Positions 17,192-20,000 of a stretch of DNA of 20,000 nt are shown piece after piece. Positions within the stretch are counted from its first letter, which is position 1, and each line of letters opens with the position of its first letter. Both the position numbers and the translations under genes were made by a program. This DNA comes from an uncultured virus (IMG/VR IMGVR_UViG_3300032038_000056) (lineage: Duplodnaviria; Heunggongvirae; Uroviricota; Caudoviricetes): IMG/VR virus record IMGVR_UViG_3300032038_000056. One strand, written 5' to 3'. The notes below the pieces were generated by a model. It worked only from the letters and a program-made list of their open reading frames with translations. It ran no database searches and was not told the DNA's origin.

Positions 17192-17500
17192 TCACCTCAG
17201 TCTCTTTCCGAGTGTTCCGTTCTTATACAGTTGGTACTTACCATCGGCTGCATAGTGTCCATCCTTGGAGGGATACCAGTATCTTGTTCCCTGATACCAC
17301 TTGTGTACCTCTCCCTTGAGAACATACGGACCAGCGATGTTCTTTCCGACCTCATAGACCGAGACCATCTTGTTGTTGTAATTTCCCACGACCTCGTAGG
17401 CGGACTTGCGTGCATTGGTAAGGGTATTGTGACTGCTCACAGTCCTTCCGACGTTCTTCCTGTAATAGTCCTCGACTACGACCTTGTATTTTCCTTCCAT
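17192..17500 (-). CDS. Hypothetical protein, array paralog family
   Basis: TLTNARKSA, YQLYKNGTLGK. Confidence 0.85.
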   Translation of the reverse strand: MEGKYKVVVEDYYRKNVGRTVSSHNTLTNARKSAYEVVGNYNNKMVSVYEVGKNIAGPYVLKGEVHKWYQGTRYWYPSKDGHYAADGKYQLYKNGTLGKRLR

Positions 17501-17511
17501 ATCAAAACACC

Positions 17512-17799
17512 TCACAGTCCAAAGGTATAGGTCAGCAGTTTCTTGACCGTACCATTCACGTTGAGTTCCTGAATGGAATCATAAGTGACCCACCAGAACC
17601 TGTCCATCTTACAGGAAACCTTACCGACATAAGAGTTCTTGTTCTGTGATGCATAAATCTTACAGACCTTCGGACGAAAATCCGCATAGATCGTCTTCTG
17701 TTTGAAATCCATAAAGGAAATCGCCATACTACGGGTTTTTGAAAGAGAGTCCACGCCTTTCTCAAGTTTTCCGTTTCCGAAATCGAGCCAATATACCAT
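17512..17799 (-). CDS. Paralog-family protein ending TFGL
   Basis: MVYWLDFGNG, SLSKTRSMA, LNVNGTV. Confidence 0.85.
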   Translation of the reverse strand: MVYWLDFGNGKLEKGVDSLSKTRSMAISFMDFKQKTIYADFRPKVCKIYASQNKNSYVGKVSCKMDRFWWVTYDSIQELNVNGTVKKLLTYTFGL

Positions 17800-17837
17800 A
17801 TTGAACACCTTTTGAATGTATTACGAATATAACGGTT

Positions 17838-18128
17838 TCAGTATTTATACATTCTTTTCAGACTGAGGGAGTTCTGACGCGGATGTATGAAGTTCCCGTT
17901 ATAATCCAGACGTTTGATGACCTTCCGCCCTCTGTGGAATGTCGTATAGAAATAACCGATCCCGTTGGTCTGCACCCATCCAGAGGGTCTTTGCGTACCC
18001 CTGTCGCGGTACAGCGGGATATTGGTATAGAAATCATGGCGTTTCATCTCTCTGACGCATTCCCTTACGGCATCCTCCAGAGAGAGGAAGCACGCCTCGT
18101 AATCATAGAACTCGACGTAGTATCTCAT
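17838..18128 (-). CDS. Hypothetical protein, array paralog family
   Basis: MRYYVEF, SLEDAVRE, LDYNGNF. Confidence 0.85.
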   Translation of the reverse strand: MRYYVEFYDYEACFLSLEDAVRECVREMKRHDFYTNIPLYRDRGTQRPSGWVQTNGIGYFYTTFHRGRKVIKRLDYNGNFIHPRQNSLSLKRMYKY

Positions 18129-18349
18129 TCTTTGATGGATCCATCGCTGTAAAGCACATATGTCTTATCGTTCGGCGGGGAGAACAGTACCCTGTTATCC
18201 TTGGTAAGAACGACTCCAGCATAAGCGGCCCCCTGTGCCGTGATCCTCGTGAGGTTGGCTGATACGCCCGTTTTCTTCACTTTCTTGTATGCGTAAGCCC
18301 TTGCTGAATTTATCGACATGAATCTTTTATTGCCTATCGTATAGAACAT
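18125..18349 (-). CDS. Hypothetical protein, array paralog family (first gene of the array)
   Basis: GAGGTGA RBS before MFYTIG; SINSARAYA, YVLYSDGSI. Confidence 0.85.
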   Translation of the reverse strand: MFYTIGNKRFMSINSARAYAYKKVKKTGVSANLTRITAQGAAYAGVVLTKDNRVLFSPPNDKTYVLYSDGSIKE

Positions 18350-18380
18350 ATCTTCACCTCTGTCATACATCGTCACAGGG

Positions 18381-18389
18381 ATATTAAAA
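18381..18389 (-). promoter_or_regulatory. TATA box for the first array operon
   Basis: TTTTAATAT overlapping the TAA of the AbrB-like gene. Confidence 0.45.
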
Positions 18390-18551
18390 GTCCTCGTCTG
18401 TCGGCTCGGTGAGATTATCATCGATCCTTTCCAGAGTGACCTTTACGGTATCCCCTTTCATAATCCCGATTTGGGAGAGTTCTTTCGTTGCTACGATCAC
18501 CAGGGACGAACCCTGTTTGACCACTGTCTTGTATGCGGAAATCTGATCCAT
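18384..18551 (-). CDS. AbrB/MazE/SpoVT-family DNA-binding protein (55 aa, not in ORF track)
   Basis: Hand translation MDQISAYKTVVKQGSSLVIVATKELSQIGIMKGDTVKVTLERI...; matches the swapped-hairpin pattern V.K.G.SL.I....L...GI..GD.V.V. Confidence 0.8.
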   Translation of the reverse strand: MDQISAYKTVVKQGSSLVIVATKELSQIGIMKGDTVKVTLERIDDNLTEPTDEDF

Positions 18552-18569
18552 ATTGGGTACATATGATTG

Positions 18570-18594
18570 TATAATATATAATACGTTGTATTAT
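18570..18594 (-). promoter_or_regulatory. TATA promoter overlapped by a 7-bp inverted repeat
   Basis: TTATATATTATA; ATAATAC-GTT-GTATTAT at 18578-18594. Confidence 0.55.
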
Positions 18595-19196
18595 GTGCGT
18601 TCTGACGGAACATCCATCCCGTAATCCTTCATATAGAGTTCGATGGATTCGCGCCTGTCATACAGCGTCATAGTGGGGATGTCCAACTCCTTCGATATAC
18701 GCGACCAAGCCAGACCTTTCGAGCGCAGAACGGCGATCTCGTGCAACGGCAGACGCTTGCGGGGTCTCCCGCCCTTGCGACCGTATTTCTCCTCGGAATA
18801 CTTCTGTCCCCTCTTTATCGCATCGGAGCGGTACTTGCTGTCCCTCTTGGACAGATCGGACAGCGTATGTATCACGGCCTCGAATGTGTCCCGCATCGGG
18901 TCTATCTCCCAATCTGGCAGTACGATCTTCAGATTGTGTCTCCTTATCTCTGTAAGTATCTCTGCACCCTTGCGGAACGTCTTGCATAGATCCCAGAGGG
19001 AATCGACATAGACCACGGAGACCTCCTCGTGCCTTATGGCCTTCATCAGTCTGTCTATTCCGTCCGTCTTGCCGTCCACTATGCTCTCTACGACGTTCAG
19101 ACCCTTACTGAATGCGTTGTCGTTCAATCTCTTGGACGTTTCCTCGTCCAGTGCGAACGATACCGCATCCTCTGTCCTTCCGTCCATCCATCCCAT
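18591..19196 (-). CDS. Serine resolvase/invertase-like protein with C-terminal HTH, degenerate active site
   Basis: G+DRLM...VVYVDSL.DL, long helix ending GRKGGRPRK, HTH (GLAWSRISKELDIPTMTLY); lacks Y.RVS and DRL.R motifs. Confidence 0.7.
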   Translation of the reverse strand: MGWMDGRTEDAVSFALDEETSKRLNDNAFSKGLNVVESIVDGKTDGIDRLMKAIRHEEVSVVYVDSLWDLCKTFRKGAEILTEIRRHNLKIVLPDWEIDPMRDTFEAVIHTLSDLSKRDSKYRSDAIKRGQKYSEEKYGRKGGRPRKRLPLHEIAVLRSKGLAWSRISKELDIPTMTLYDRRESIELYMKDYGMDVPSERT

Positions 19197-19215
19197 ACAA
19201 CTGTATGAACAAAAA

Positions 19216-19223
19216 TATATAAA
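19216..19223 (-). promoter_or_regulatory. TATA box for the resolvase-like gene
   Basis: TTTATATA ~20 nt before ATG 19196, no RBS. Confidence 0.5.
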
Positions 19224-19242
19224 AAAATTAAGGAAGGCGTTT

Positions 19243-19968
19243 TCACTCGTTCTCTGGATTGCGTTCTCCAGACAGCCTGTACCAATTATACAGACCTACG
19301 AAGGCCATTATGAGATATATCATCTTCTTGGTCAGATATACGGGATCGAAATGAACGATGAACATAGCAACGGCTATGATGTCCGTGATCAGCCACAGGA
19401 TGTACTGCTCACGATATCTCAGCAGTTCCAGTGAGATCGCCACCAGCCCTATGGCCACGGTATACGCATCCAGCATTGCTACTGGATCCCCTATCTCTGA
19501 CAGTATCGCTTCATACACCAATCCAGAAAGGATGACAATGACGGCGCATACGGCCATCACGGGATAGGACATTCTCTTGGCCTTGGTCAGATCCCTCTCC
19601 TTCGTATCCCTGTGACGTACCCACATCACCCAAGAGCCTACGGCCAGAGGAAGGTACACGCACGCTTCCAACAGGAATGTACCCATTATGTTCCAATAGA
19701 GCAGATAGGCCATGTAGGAGAGGGTGTTCACGATGGAGAACACGAAATTGCTTATGCTTACCTTTGCGGTGAGGAAGATGCAGAATACTCCCGCTACGGC
19801 GGACACGAAGTTCACCACCGTAAGCCATGTGGGGTTATCGGATGAAGACGAATCTATGAATGAGGACAGCATCACGTATCCCGCAATGACGATCATCACG
19901 GTCGCCATGACCCACTCATACCACGTAAGTCTCCTTATCGACGTTCCCAGATTCTTCAGACCATCCAT
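19243..19968 (-). CDS. pnuC: PnuC-family nicotinamide riboside transporter
   Basis: Multi-pass membrane protein with K..SNF.F.I.N and YREQY.LW...D motifs typical of PnuC. Confidence 0.85.
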   Translation of the reverse strand: MDGLKNLGTSIRRLTWYEWVMATVMIVIAGYVMLSSFIDSSSSDNPTWLTVVNFVSAVAGVFCIFLTAKVSISNFVFSIVNTLSYMAYLLYWNIMGTFLLEACVYLPLAVGSWVMWVRHRDTKERDLTKAKRMSYPVMAVCAVIVILSGLVYEAILSEIGDPVAMLDAYTVAIGLVAISLELLRYREQYILWLITDIIAVAMFIVHFDPVYLTKKMIYLIMAFVGLYNWYRLSGERNPENE

Positions 19969-20000
19969 TTTATCAGTTCCTCGATGTCGTCCTTCTCTCT

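Larger units (their letters stand above)
1..18350 (-). mobile_element. Accessory/early small-gene array of a probable archaeal virus or integrative element
   Basis: ~55 tightly packed co-oriented small ORFs, no housekeeping genes, next to AbrB-like, resolvase-like and pnuC genes; archaeal-type RBS and TATA signals. No capsid or integrase gene in the window, so the element type is inferred. Confidence 0.6.

Noticed and set aside
17437..17445. Internal TCACAGTCC match
   Set aside because: It lies mid-gene in another frame and lacks the TTC/CC part; probably chance.
2903..17530. CRISPR array or integron attC interpretation of the TCACAGTCCGAA repeat
   Set aside because: Spacing is irregular and gene-sized, the repeat is short and coding, it has no extended attC-like palindrome, and no cas or tyrosine integrase gene is in the window.
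1..18350. Diversity-generating retroelement as the source of paralog diversity
   Set aside because: No reverse transcriptase and no near-identical template/variable repeat pair were seen.
30..19845. All plus-strand ORFs in the track (e.g. 13681..14406, 5775..6293)
   Set aside because: They are antisense shadows of a fully tiled minus-strand gene set, with no RBS pattern or recognisable motifs.
19956..20000. Possible 3' end of an upstream gene (REKDDIEELIKWMV-stop) overlapping pnuC
   Set aside because: Too short to assign frame or product.

Overview
Almost all coding is on the minus strand. Bases 1-18350 hold a dense array of about 55 small (55-190 aa), basic, Tyr/Lys-rich genes of unknown function. 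Upstream of the array lie an AbrB/SpoVT-type regulator (missed by the ORF track), a serine-resolvase-like protein with a degenerate active site, and a PnuC-type transporter. Expression signals look archaeal: GAGGTGA ribosome-binding sites, TATA boxes ~20-25 nt before apparently leaderless ATGs, hairpin-less oligo-T terminators, and no TAG stop among the genes I called. This suggests the accessory or early region of an archaeal virus or mobile element, possibly of a pyrrolysine-using methanogen (inference). Two patterns stand out. First, about 30 genes are diverged paralogs sharing 'sl..AR..A' and 'Y.ln.dGtlg' motifs. Second, 13 proteins, some unrelated to that family, end in a Lys-rich tail plus PFGL-stop, and 4 more end in xxGL-stop. 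The tag varies mainly at synonymous positions and overlaps the next gene's ribosome-binding site. Several intergenic scars of collapsed paralogs point to ongoing gene turnover. No database search was possible, so family names come from motif recall.
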